Origin: Candidatus Nanopelagicales bacterium
GTDB taxonomy: Bacteria > Actinomycetota > Actinomycetes > S36-B12
Reading direction: 5' to 3'
Length of the DNA: 64,000 bases
Assembly (NCBI GenBank): GCA_030726915.1
Contig: JANRCR010000018.1
Span: 44,814 to 108,813, forward strand
Shown here: positions 53,633-63,493 of the stretch, piece after piece
Numbering within the stretch: position 1 is the stretch's first letter
Layout of the letters: the number at the start of each line of letters is the position of its first letter
Made by a program: the position numbers and the translations under genes
Notes under the pieces: generated by a model
The model's input: only the letters and a program-made list of their open reading frames with translations
What the model was told of the DNA's origin: nothing
The model's database searches: none

Positions 53633-55330
53633 GTGACGACGATCCCGGACATGACCCCTCGCAGTCGCCTGGCCACTCAGGGCCGTGACCGCTCACCCAA
53701 CCGCGGCATGCTCCGAGCACTCGGGATGGAGGACGACGACTTCAGCAAAGCCCAGATCGGCATCGCCTCATCCTTCAACCAGATCACCCCGTGCAACATG
53801 TCACTGCGCGAGGTGGCGGAGGACGCGGCCTACGGGATACGCGCCGCGGGGGGCTTCCCCATGGAGTTCGGGACCATCACCGTGTCAGATGTCATCTCCA
53901 TGGGCCACGAGGGCATGCACTTCTCCCTGGTGTCCCGCGAGGTCATTGCTGATTCGGTGGAGACGGTCATGCAGGCTGAGCGGCTCGATGGCATGGTCAC
54001 GCTGGCCGGGTGCGATAAGAGCATCCCCGCGATGCTCATGGCGGCAGCGCGCATCGATGTGGCCAGTGTGCTCGTCTACGCCGGCTCGCTCCTGCCGGGC
54101 CATGTGCGATTCACAGACGGGCGAGAGGAAACCGTCAACATCGTCACGGCGTTCGAGGCTGTGGGTGCCAACGCTCGAGGCCTGATGTCCGATGAGGATC
54201 TGGATCGAATCGAGCGTGCGGTGTGCCCCACGATGGGCACATGCGGCGGGATGTACACCGCGAACACCATGGCGAGCGCGGCTGAGGCCATGGGAATGGC
54301 CCTCCCGGGATCATCGTCACCCCCGGCGGTGGACGCGCGGCGCGAGATCCAGGCGCGAGATGCGGGTAGGGCGGTCGTGGAGATGATTCGCCAAGGAATC
54401 ACGGCGCGCGACATCATCACGCGCGAGTCCCTGGAGAATGCGATCACGGTCATCATGGCCCTCGGCGGGTCGACGAACTCTGTGCTCCACCTTCCGGCTA
54501 TTGCGCACGAGGCTGGCTTCGAACTGGATCTCGATGACTTCCAGCGCATCAGCGACCGTACGCCGCTCCTCGCGGATCTCAAGCCCTTCGGCCAGCACCT
54601 GATGTTTGACCTGGATCGAGTCGGCGGTGTCCCTGTCGTGATGCGTCTCTTGCTGGACGCGGGACTTCTGCACGGGGACTGCCTGACCGTGACAGGACGC
54701 ACATTGGCCGAAAACCTTGCTGTGCTCAACATCCCCGGCCCCGACGGCAGCGTTGTGCGTCCCATGGATAGCCCGTTGGATGCGACGGGTGGTATCTCGA
54801 TCCTCGGTGGGTCACTCGCGCCCGAGGGTGCCGTCGTCAAGACGGCAGGGGTCCCCGTCGATACATTCGAAGGTGTCGCACGGGTCTTCGAACGCGAGCA
54901 GGCCGCCATGGCGGCCCTCGAGGACGGCACCATCCAGGCGGGTGACGTCATCGTCATTCGCTACGAGGGGCCCAGGGGAGGTCCCGGGATGCGCGAGATG
55001 CTCATGATTACGGGCGCGCTCAAGGGTGCGGGGCTCGGTCGCGACACGCTGCTCATCACCGATGGACGCTTCTCCGGTGGCAGCACGGGATTGTGTGTTG
55101 GCCATGTGTCGCCGGAGGCCGCGGATGGTGGACCCATCGGGCTCGTCCGCAACGGAGATCGGATTCGCGTGGACATACGCGCCCGCACCCTGGATCTGCT
55201 GGTGGAGGAGGACGAGATTCTTCGCAGGCAGGCGCAGTTCGAGCCCCTGCCGCCTCGATACGCCAGGGGGGTTCTGGCGAAGTACGCCAGGCTCGTCGGG
55301 TCCGCAAGCCGTGGTGCGGTGTGTGATTGA
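53633..55330 (+). CDS. ilvD: IlvD/Edd-family dehydratase, divergent paralog adjacent to ilvBNC
   Basis: 565 aa. Aligns without gaps to the copy at 46966..48663. Keeps TPCN, CDKS and [12 protein letters not shown] but reads SDVISMG and [13 protein letters not shown] 53633 has GGAGGG only about 1 nt upstream, and a TATTGT box ends 6 nt upstream, so the transcript may be leaderless. Confidence 0.88.
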   Translation: MTTIPDMTPRSRLATQGRDRSPNRGMLRALGMEDDDFSKAQIGIASSFNQITPCNMSLREVAEDAAYGIRAAGGFPMEFGTITVSDVISMGHEGMHFSLVSREVIADSVETVMQAERLDGMVTLAGCDKSIPAMLMAAARIDVASVLVYAGSLLPGHVRFTDGREETVNIVTAFEAVGANARGLMSDEDLDRIERAVCPTMGTCGGMYTANTMASAAEAMGMALPGSSSPPAVDARREIQARDAGRAVVEMIRQGITARDIITRESLENAITVIMALGGSTNSVLHLPAIAHEAGFELDLDDFQRISDRTPLLADLKPFGQHLMFDLDRVGGVPVVMRLLLDAGLLHGDCLTVTGRTLAENLAVLNIPGPDGSVVRPMDSPLDATGGISILGGSLAPEGAVVKTAGVPVDTFEGVARVFEREQAAMAALEDGTIQAGDVIVIRYEGPRGGPGMREMLMITGALKGAGLGRDTLLITDGRFSGGSTGLCVGHVSPEAADGGPIGLVRNGDRIRVDIRARTLDLLVEEDEILRRQAQFEPLPPRYARGVLAKYARLVGSASRGAVCD

Positions 55331-55343
55331 GGCACGTCCCCTG

Positions 55344-55364
55344 GCGGGTCGGGCAACGACCCGC
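55344..55364 (+). terminator. GC-rich hairpin just downstream of the ilvD paralog stop
   Basis: GCGGGTCG (55344-55351) pairs with CGACCCGC (55357-55364), with loop GGCAA. No clear U-tract, so the function is uncertain. Confidence 0.35.
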
Positions 55365-55370
55365 TACGCT

Positions 55371-55418
55371 GTGCTTGTGAAGCAGATTGTCATTGTTGTA
55401 GGCAGGCGCGCGGGATAA
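55371..55418 (+). promoter_or_regulatory. Candidate ilvB leader peptide (V)LVKQIVIVVGRRAG, Ile/Val-rich
   Basis: Short ORF GTG...TAA with five consecutive Ile/Val codons (IVIVV), 120 nt upstream of ilvB. No SD. TACGCT (55365-55370) could be a -10 box placing a leaderless start at the second GTG (55377). Confidence 0.5.
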
Positions 55419-55442
55419 CCGCTCATCTGCCGCCAATGGCGG

Positions 55443-55487
55443 CCCCGCGCACCCTCCGAGCCCATCCGGGTCGGGGGGTTTCGTGTT
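55443..55487 (+). terminator. Candidate attenuator terminator of the ilvBNC leader
   Basis: CCCCGCGCACCC (55443-55454) pairs with GGGTCGGGGGG (55468-55478), with one mismatch and one bulge. Followed by TTTCGTGTT. A smaller hairpin, GCCGCC-AAT-GGCGGC (55429-55443), overlaps its 5' arm and could compete with it. Confidence 0.45.
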
Positions 55488-55540
55488 GAGAGGGACCATG
55501 CGCCACCATGGTCTCGCGACTGAAGTGGAGTGAGGAACAG

Positions 55541-57292
55541 ATGAGCACCAGCCCCGAGCAGATCACGGGCGCGCAGAGCCTGATCCGGGCCATGGAGTAC
55601 GCCGGGGTCGAGGTGGTCTTCGGCATCCCCGGCGGCGCCATCCTGCCCGCGTATGACCCCCTCATGGACTCCAGCCAGGTCCGCCACATCCTGGTGCGTC
55701 ACGAGCAGGCGGCCGGACATGCGGCCGAAGGCTACGCAGCCGCGACCGGGCGCGTCGGCGTCTGCATGGCCACGAGCGGTCCCGGCGCGACCAACCTGGT
55801 CACGCCTATTGCCGACGCCCACATGGATTCGGTGCCGATGGTGGCCATCACCGGTCAGGTGCCGAGTGGAGCGATTGGGACGGACGCATTCCAAGAGGCA
55901 GATATCCGCGGCATCACGATGCCGATCACGAAGCACAGTTATCTCGTCACGAACGCCGACGACATCTCGCGTGCGGTGGCCGAGGCGTTTTATCTCGCAT
56001 CGTCGGGACGTCCCGGCCCCGTCCTAGTCGACGTGTCCAAGGATGCTCTCCAGGCAATGACGACCTTCACCTGGCCGACGGACATTTCCCTGCCCGGCTA
56101 CCACCCCGTGACGAAGCCGCATAGCAAGCAGGTGCGCGAAGCGGCTCGGCTCATCATGGAGTCCTCCCGACCCGTGCTCTACGTCGGCGGTGGCGTGATC
56201 CGTGCGGATGCCTCGCGGCAATTGCGGGAGCTAGCCGAGCTCACCGGACTCCCGGTCGTCACCACGCTCATGGCACGCGGTGCCTTCCCGGACAGCCATC
56301 CGCAGCACATGGGGATGCCGGGTATGCACGGCACCGTCGGCGCGGTGGGTGCCTTGCAAAAGGCCGATTTGCTCATCACGCTGGGGGCGCGCTTTGACGA
56401 CCGGGTCACCGGCAAACTGTCCACCTTCGCCCCCGATGCCACGATCGTGCACGCCGACATCGATCCCGCAGAGATCTCAAAGAACCGTCACGCCGATGTG
56501 CCGATCGTGGGGGATGTCGGCGAGGTCATCACCGAGTTGATCGCGGCCGTACGTGAAGAGATGGCAGCGGGTCGCGTGGGTGACTATGAAGCCTGGTGGT
56601 CGCAGTTGAACCGCTGGCGCGACACCTATCCCCTCGGCTATGACCTTCCCGATGATGGCACCCTCTCGCCCCAGTACGTGATCGAGCGCCTCGGAGTCAT
56701 CAGCGGTCCGGAGGCGATCATGGCCGCGGGTGTGGGCCAGCATCAGATGTGGGGTGCGCAGTTCGTCAAGTACGAAAAGCCACGAACGTGGCTTAACTCG
56801 GGCGGACTCGGCACCATGGGCTACGCGGTGCCCGCTGCCATGGGTGCCAAAGTCGGGTGTCCCGATGACATCGTGTGGGCGATCGACGGAGACGGCTGCT
56901 TCCAGATGACAAATCAGGAGCTCGCCACCTGCGCCATCAATGAGATCCCTATCAAGGTTGCGCTCATCAACAATTCCAGCCTTGGCATGGTCCGCCAGTG
57001 GCAGACGCTCTTTTACAATCAGCGCTACTCCGAGACCGATCTGCACAGCCATCGGATCCCAGACTTCGTCAAACTCGCCGATGCGTATGGCTGCTACGGC
57101 TTGCGCTGCGAGACGGCCGAGGAGGTCGATGCGGTTATCGAAAAGGCGCTATCGATCAACGACGCCCCGGTCGTCATTGACTTTGTCGTGCATCGAGACG
57201 CCATGGTCTGGCCCATGGTCGCTGCGGGCACCAGCAATGACGACATCATGGTTGCCCGCGAAATGGCACCTTCTTGGGATACGGTGGAATGA
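55541..57292 (+). CDS. ilvB: Acetolactate synthase large subunit
   Basis: [25 protein letters not shown] start, and ThDP motif [17 protein letters not shown]...[18 protein letters not shown] 55541 is preceded by GAGGAA. The track ORF starts at 55508. Confidence 0.95.
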   Translation: MSTSPEQITGAQSLIRAMEYAGVEVVFGIPGGAILPAYDPLMDSSQVRHILVRHEQAAGHAAEGYAAATGRVGVCMATSGPGATNLVTPIADAHMDSVPMVAITGQVPSGAIGTDAFQEADIRGITMPITKHSYLVTNADDISRAVAEAFYLASSGRPGPVLVDVSKDALQAMTTFTWPTDISLPGYHPVTKPHSKQVREAARLIMESSRPVLYVGGGVIRADASRQLRELAELTGLPVVTTLMARGAFPDSHPQHMGMPGMHGTVGAVGALQKADLLITLGARFDDRVTGKLSTFAPDATIVHADIDPAEISKNRHADVPIVGDVGEVITELIAAVREEMAAGRVGDYEAWWSQLNRWRDTYPLGYDLPDDGTLSPQYVIERLGVISGPEAIMAAGVGQHQMWGAQFVKYEKPRTWLNSGGLGTMGYAVPAAMGAKVGCPDDIVWAIDGDGCFQMTNQELATCAINEIPIKVALINNSSLGMVRQWQTLFYNQRYSETDLHSHRIPDFVKLADAYGCYGLRCETAEEVDAVIEKALSINDAPVVIDFVVHRDAMVWPMVAAGTSNDDIMVAREMAPSWDTVE

Positions 57293-57293
57293 C

Positions 57294-57818
57294 ATGACTC
57301 GTCACACATTGTCGGTACTGGTGGAGGACAAGCCGGGTGTCCTGGCTCGCGTCGCCAGCCTCTTTTCCCGTCGTGGCTTCAATATCGAGTCATTGGCTGT
57401 CGGTCCCACCGAGATTCCGGATGTCTCGCGCATGACCATCGTGGTCAGTGTGGAGCGGCTCCTGCTTGAGCAGGTCACCAAGCAGCTCAACAAATTGATC
57501 AACGTGCTGAAGATCGTCGAGTTAGACGAGTCGACATCGGTGCAGCGTGCCCTGGCGCTGGTGAAGGTGCGGGCGGATGCGGAGTCACGCTCAAGTGTGT
57601 TGGAAATCGTCCAACTCTTCCGGGCCAAGGTCGTCGATGTCGCCACGGATGCCGTCACCATCGAGGTGACGGGGGACGAGCCAAAGATCGAAGCACTCCT
57701 GCGCCTGCTGGAGCCCTACGGCATCAAGGAGCTGGTGGAGTCTGGAGTTATCGCCCTGGGGCGCGGTAGTAGGGGCATCAATGATCGTTCCCTGCGTCCG
57801 GCTGACCGCACCGCATAG
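57294..57818 (+). CDS. ilvN: Acetolactate synthase small (regulatory) subunit
   Basis: MTRHTLSVLVEDKPGVLARVASLFSRRGFNIESLAVG ACT domain. ATG lies 1 nt after the ilvB stop. Confidence 0.94.
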   Translation: MTRHTLSVLVEDKPGVLARVASLFSRRGFNIESLAVGPTEIPDVSRMTIVVSVERLLLEQVTKQLNKLINVLKIVELDESTSVQRALALVKVRADAESRSSVLEIVQLFRAKVVDVATDAVTIEVTGDEPKIEALLRLLEPYGIKELVESGVIALGRGSRGINDRSLRPADRTA

Positions 57819-58904
<1,086 letters not shown>

Positions 58905-58925
58905 CGCTGTGCGGATGCGCTCGAG

Positions 58926-59318
58926 ATGGCTCGCGTCGATGATGTGATGGTGACGCCCGAGCCGAAGACGTGTGCCCGCTGTGGTCGCACCATGCAGTGG
59001 CGCAAGGCGTGGGCACGGTCCTGGGATGAGGTGCGCTACTGCTCGGATGGTTGTCGACGCCAGCGTCTGACTGCCACCGACGAGGCTTTGGAGCGGGCGA
59101 TCCTCGATCTCCTGGGGGATCGGACCGGGACGATTTGCCCCAGCGAGGCGGCACGGGCTGTCGATGCCGAGGGTTGGCGCGATCTGATGGAGCCAGCGCG
59201 CCAGGCCGCGCGTCGACTCGTGGCGCAGGAGCGGGTGGAGATCACGCAGGGTGGGCATGTGGTGGATCCGTCCACGGCCAAGGGGCCGATTCGGATTCGA
59301 GCGGTGCGGCATGGCTGA
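58926..59318 (+). CDS. DUF2256 (zinc ribbon) plus DUF3253 fusion protein
   Basis: 130 aa. CARCGRTMQWRKAW...VRYCSDGCRRQR four-Cys ribbon, then ICPSEAARAV...WRDLMEPARQAARRLV...GPIRIR, typical of DUF3253. Confidence 0.75.
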   Translation: MARVDDVMVTPEPKTCARCGRTMQWRKAWARSWDEVRYCSDGCRRQRLTATDEALERAILDLLGDRTGTICPSEAARAVDAEGWRDLMEPARQAARRLVAQERVEITQGGHVVDPSTAKGPIRIRAVRHG

Positions 59319-60525
59319 GCTGACGGCACCGGAGCGCGGTGATGAAGTCTCCTGGGTCCGCGCACATCTGGGGGATCTCGTGCGCGGCGACGTGGATGCC
59401 TCACCCATCGCTGGCGGCCAGCAGGCTGCGGATGCGGTACTGGCCAACTTCTCGGTGCGGGGCTATGCCGCACGGCGTAGCGAGGTCTGGCCGACGGATC
59501 GCCGGGGAGCATCCCGCCTCTCGCCCTACATTCGGCACGGGCTGCTCTCCCTGCCCCGAGTATGGGATCACGTCGGCAGGGGTCCCGAACGAGACAGCAC
59601 CACGTTCCGCGATGAGTTGCTGTGGCAGGAATACGCACGGCACGTCTACGCGCGTGTCGGCACGGCTACCCAGCGCAGCCTGCGATATGCCGTGGAAGAA
59701 CGTGTCCGGCCCTATGACTGGCCGGAGGGCATGGCATGCGTGGACCTAGCGGCGGGGGAGTTGCGTGAGTCGGGGTGGATCCCCAATCAGACACGCATGT
59801 GGCTTGCCAGTCAGTGGAGCGTGCGGGATGGAGCGGGCTGGCGTGATGGTGAGGATGCCTTCTTCCGGCACCTTCTCGACGGCTCCCGCGCGGCAAACCG
59901 CATCGGCTGGCAGTGGACCGTGGGTGCGTTGACCGGCAAGCCCTACGGCTTCTCCCGGTGGCAGGTGGAGAAGCGAGCCCCGGGACTGTGTGCGGGATGC
60001 GCCCTCGCTCATCGTTGCCCTATCTCGGCATGGCCTCCGGACAGTCCTCCCGAGCCGCGGGCCCATGTCGACCCACTCCTGCGTCGTGACCCGGACGTGG
60101 CACAGACGTCGGGATTGGCGGCTGTTGCGCAGGCGTCGGGCAATGCACCACAACGTGTGTGGCTGACGGCTGAGTCTCTCGGTGATGAAGACCCCGCCCT
60201 CATGGCCTACCCGGACCTGCCGGTTGTCTTCACGTGGGACATCCCCCTGCTGCAGCGGCTGCGGCTTGCCAGCCAACGCCTGGTCTTCCTGGCGCAATGC
60301 CTGGCGGATCTGGCTGAAAGACGTGACGTCATCGTCCGCACAGGCTCCCCCTCGATAGAGCTTCGCGGTATTCCGCTCGTGACCACCTTTGCTCCCGTGC
60401 CGGGCTGGCGCAGGCATCGAGCCTCACTCGATGTCACGCGAGTAGAGCCATGGCCCTGGCTGGTCCCGCCACATGATGGTCCCGTGACCTCGTTCACAGC
60501 CTGGCGACGTAGGGCGCGCGTGTGA
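59311..60525 (+). CDS. Cryptochrome/photolyase-family FAD-domain protein, FeS-BCP-like, apparently with the alpha/beta domain at the C-terminus
   Basis: 404 aa from ATG 59311 (8-nt overlap with the upstream gene). SRLSPYIRHGLLS, FRDELLWQEYARHVY and GWIPNQTRMWLASQW...FFRHLLDGSRAANRIGWQW match the FAD-binding domain. Cys set MAC...CAGC...RCP. Confidence 0.75.
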   Translation: MAELTAPERGDEVSWVRAHLGDLVRGDVDASPIAGGQQAADAVLANFSVRGYAARRSEVWPTDRRGASRLSPYIRHGLLSLPRVWDHVGRGPERDSTTFRDELLWQEYARHVYARVGTATQRSLRYAVEERVRPYDWPEGMACVDLAAGELRESGWIPNQTRMWLASQWSVRDGAGWRDGEDAFFRHLLDGSRAANRIGWQWTVGALTGKPYGFSRWQVEKRAPGLCAGCALAHRCPISAWPPDSPPEPRAHVDPLLRRDPDVAQTSGLAAVAQASGNAPQRVWLTAESLGDEDPALMAYPDLPVVFTWDIPLLQRLRLASQRLVFLAQCLADLAERRDVIVRTGSPSIELRGIPLVTTFAPVPGWRRHRASLDVTRVEPWPWLVPPHDGPVTSFTAWRRRARV

Positions 60526-60582
60526 CATCCCCCGGGTAGCATGGGGGGCCGCTGCCTGCGGTCCCTATCCCTGAGGTGTCAC

Positions 60583-62172
60583 GTGACCAAGCCCGTCGTT
60601 CTCATCGCTGAAGAACTCTCGCCCGCCACCGTTGAGGCACTCGGGCCCGACTTCGAGATCCGCTACTGCGATGGGTCTGATCGGGCGTCTTTGCTGGCCG
60701 CGATTGGCGCAGCGGATGCCCTCCTGATCCGATCCGCCACCCAGGTGGATGCCGAGGCCATCGCTGCGGGCAACCACCTCAAGGTGGTCGCCCGGGCAGG
60801 AGTGGGCTTGGACAATGTCGACGTGAAGTCCGCGACTCAGGCGGGTGTCATGGTGGTCAATGCACCGACCTCCAACATTGTGAGTGCGGCGGAATTAGCG
60901 GTGGCCCTGCTGCTCGCGAGTGCGCGCAATATCGTCCCGGCCAATATCGCGTTGAAGAATGGTGAATGGAAGCGATCGAAGTACAACGGTGTCGAGTTGT
61001 CTGAGAAGACTGTCGGGATCGTCGGGCTGGGTCGCATCGGGGTGCTCGTGGCCCAGCGACTGGCGGCCTTCGGAGTGAAGCTGATCGCCTACGACCCGTA
61101 TGTGCAGCCTGCACGGGCCGCGCAGATCGGTGTCCGCCTGGTGCCGCTGGAGGAGTTGCTGCGCGAGTCTGACTTCATCACGGTCCACCTGCCCAAGACC
61201 CCCGAGACGGCCGGGCTGATCGGGGAGGAGCAACTCACGCTGGTCAAGCCGACGATGTTCCTCGTCAACGCGGCCCGTGGCGGCATCGTCGATGAGGAGG
61301 CGCTCTTTCGGGCGATCTCCGAGGGGCGTGTGGCGGGGGCAGGTCTTGATGTGTACGCCAAGGAGCCCTGCACGGATTCACCCCTCTTTGGGCTGGAGAC
61401 CGTCGTGGCGACCCCACACCTGGGAGCCTCGACCGACGAAGCTCAGGAAAAGGCGGGCATCGCTGTCGCTAAGTCTGTGCGACTTGCGCTGGCCGGTGAG
61501 CTCGTCCCCGACGCAGTGAACGTGCAGGGGGGTGTCCTTGCCGAGCCCATTCGACCCCTGCAGCCGGTGGCTGAGCGCCTCGGCGCGATCGCCAGCGGGC
61601 TGGCGCTCGGAGCGGTGCAGCGCATTGATGTAGAGGTCCGCGGTGAGGTGGCTGATCTGGATGTACGCATCCTTGAATTGGCCGCGTTGAAGGGCGTCCT
61701 TCAGGGTCTCGTGCATGATCCCGTCTCCTATGTCAACGCACCGGTGCTCGCCCAGCAGCGTGGGGTGGAGGTGGCCCTGACCACCGATCGCGAAAGCGAC
61801 GACCATCGCAATCTTGTCCGGGTGAGGTTGACCTTGAGTGATGGTTCGGTCGTGAGTGTCGCCGGCACCGTGGCTGGACCCAAGGACACCGCCAAGCTCG
61901 TCGATATCGATGGCTTCGACGTCGACGTCCCGATCAGTGAGCACATGGCCTTTTTCCGCTATCACGATCGTCCCGGTGTCGTCGGGGCTGTTGGTCAGAT
62001 CCTTGGTGAGGCCCAGGTCAATATCGGGGGCATGCAGGTGAGCCGAGACGAGTCCGGTGAGCACGCGGTCATCGTGCTGACCATCGACAGCGGTGTCCCA
62101 GCCGAGGTGCTGGAGCGGATTGTCACCGAGATCGGTGCGCACACCGGGCGTGCAGTCGACCTCGCGTTCTAG
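60583..62172 (+). CDS. serA: D-3-phosphoglycerate dehydrogenase (long form with ASB and ACT domains)
   Basis: VTKPVVLIAEELSP start, NAD motif GIVGLGRIGVLVAQRL, and a C-terminal ACT domain. GTG 60583 is preceded by GAGGTG. The track ORF starts at 60541. Confidence 0.94.
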   Translation: MTKPVVLIAEELSPATVEALGPDFEIRYCDGSDRASLLAAIGAADALLIRSATQVDAEAIAAGNHLKVVARAGVGLDNVDVKSATQAGVMVVNAPTSNIVSAAELAVALLLASARNIVPANIALKNGEWKRSKYNGVELSEKTVGIVGLGRIGVLVAQRLAAFGVKLIAYDPYVQPARAAQIGVRLVPLEELLRESDFITVHLPKTPETAGLIGEEQLTLVKPTMFLVNAARGGIVDEEALFRAISEGRVAGAGLDVYAKEPCTDSPLFGLETVVATPHLGASTDEAQEKAGIAVAKSVRLALAGELVPDAVNVQGGVLAEPIRPLQPVAERLGAIASGLALGAVQRIDVEVRGEVADLDVRILELAALKGVLQGLVHDPVSYVNAPVLAQQRGVEVALTTDRESDDHRNLVRVRLTLSDGSVVSVAGTVAGPKDTAKLVDIDGFDVDVPISEHMAFFRYHDRPGVVGAVGQILGEAQVNIGGMQVSRDESGEHAVIVLTIDSGVPAEVLERIVTEIGAHTGRAVDLAF

Positions 62173-62179
62173 GCGACGG

Positions 62180-62914
62180 CTACCCGCGGGGGATGAATTC
62201 GGAGTCCCACTCCCACGGTCTCAGTGGCGAGTTCTCGATGACCCACGCCTGCAGGTCCTTGTCCCAGCCAGCGATCACGATGATGCCGACGAGGATGAAT
62301 ACCGCGCCCAGCCCGCGCCGGAACCAGCCGTGGGGGTCGGCCGCCCATCGCGCCTTGCCGATGGCACGTTGCCCGAGGAGGGCGATGAGGAGAAGGGTGC
62401 CGCACAGGCCCAGTGTGTAGGCGAGGAGGAGTACGAGACCCTCCCCGAGAGATGCGGGCAGCACGGTCACGACGACGTAGCCGTAGAGCGGACTGCAGGA
62501 TGTGAATACGGGCCCGAGTGCCGCACCGGTGAATACGGCACCGGCCACACCCTGCCGCTGGCCCGCCGCCGCAAGCCCCTGGGCGGCATGACGCTGGAGC
62601 CCCAGGCGCACAGAGATCCAGTCCCAGGCGGAGGGGAAGAGCGACACCAGTCCCAAGAGGATGAGAATCGTGCCGCTGATCCACTGCCAGGTCGATGTCG
62701 AGACGCCGATGAGAGCCGCGGACGCCTTGAGGAGAAGTGTGAAGACGATCACGGAGATGCCCAGAGACGCGGTGATGACGTAGGCCCTGCGGCGTGAGTC
62801 TTGACTCGACGGCCCGAGTGAGCCCCCGACGATGACCGGCAGCAGGGGCAGTACGCACGGCGCCAGGGTGGTGAGCACGCCCGCGATGACCGCCCCGAGG
62901 GTCAGGAGGAGCAT
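62180..62914 (-). CDS. ccdA: Cytochrome c biogenesis protein CcdA / DsbD-like thiol-disulfide transporter
   Basis: 244 aa polytopic membrane protein. LAPCVLPLLPV and FTSCSPLYG, the paired Cys motifs of the DsbD_2 family. Confidence 0.88.
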   Translation of the reverse strand: MLLLTLGAVIAGVLTTLAPCVLPLLPVIVGGSLGPSSQDSRRRAYVITASLGISVIVFTLLLKASAALIGVSTSTWQWISGTILILLGLVSLFPSAWDWISVRLGLQRHAAQGLAAAGQRQGVAGAVFTGAALGPVFTSCSPLYGYVVVTVLPASLGEGLVLLLAYTLGLCGTLLLIALLGQRAIGKARWAADPHGWFRRGLGAVFILVGIIVIAGWDKDLQAWVIENSPLRPWEWDSEFIPRG

Positions 62915-63459
62915 TAGACCGTGTTCTCGGCGATCTCCTCAGCCGTGACACTGCCCGACCACTTCACCAATTCGTCGCCTCCCGGACCAATCTGGACGAA
63001 GGTGTGCTGGAGGGTGACGCCGTACTGCTGCTTGAGATCGGTCGCCTCGTCGAAGTCGACGGTGACGATGGTCAGACCTGCGGGGATTGCCGTCGGATCA
63101 GCGGTGAGATTGTCGCGCGCGATCTTGCATGTCGAGCACCATGAGGCGTTGAAGAAGAGCACGACGTCGCCGGAGTCGTAGGCGGCTTTGTCGGCCTGGT
63201 ATTCCGCCAGGGTGATGTAGCTGCCCGGGGTGGGCGCCGGTGCCGCGGTGGTGTCACTGCTCGCGGTGGCGGACTCAGGAGCCGGAGTCGATGTCGGACG
63301 CGAGGGTGCAGGCGCGGTGCTCGAGGCGGTCGCGGCTGCCGGATCGGTGCTGCTCGCGACCGACTCCGCGCCACTCCCGCCGCACGCTGCCACGAGCATG
63401 GTCACAACGCTGATGGTCATCGCTGCTGCCCCGCTGCGTACTGTGATTGCCAGAGTCAT
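62914..63459 (-). CDS. Thioredoxin-fold lipoprotein (TlpA/ResA-like)
   Basis: 181 aa from ATG 63459. Signal with lipobox LVAAC, a Pro/Ala/Ser/Thr linker, then FFNASWCSTCK (WCxxC). TAATG stop/start overlap with ccdA. Confidence 0.82.
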   Translation of the reverse strand: MTLAITVRSGAAAMTISVVTMLVAACGGSGAESVASSTDPAAATASSTAPAPSRPTSTPAPESATASSDTTAAPAPTPGSYITLAEYQADKAAYDSGDVVLFFNASWCSTCKIARDNLTADPTAIPAGLTIVTVDFDEATDLKQQYGVTLQHTFVQIGPGGDELVKWSGSVTAEEIAENTV

Positions 63460-63493
63460 GTCTCGATGGTCACACGGATTCTCCTGAAATGCA

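Noticed and set aside
62169-62951. 260-aa alternative-frame minus ORF overlapping ccdA
   Set aside because: The co-located frame 62180..62914 gives a clean polytopic CcdA with both Cys motifs. The alternative frame is Arg/Pro/Gly-rich noise.
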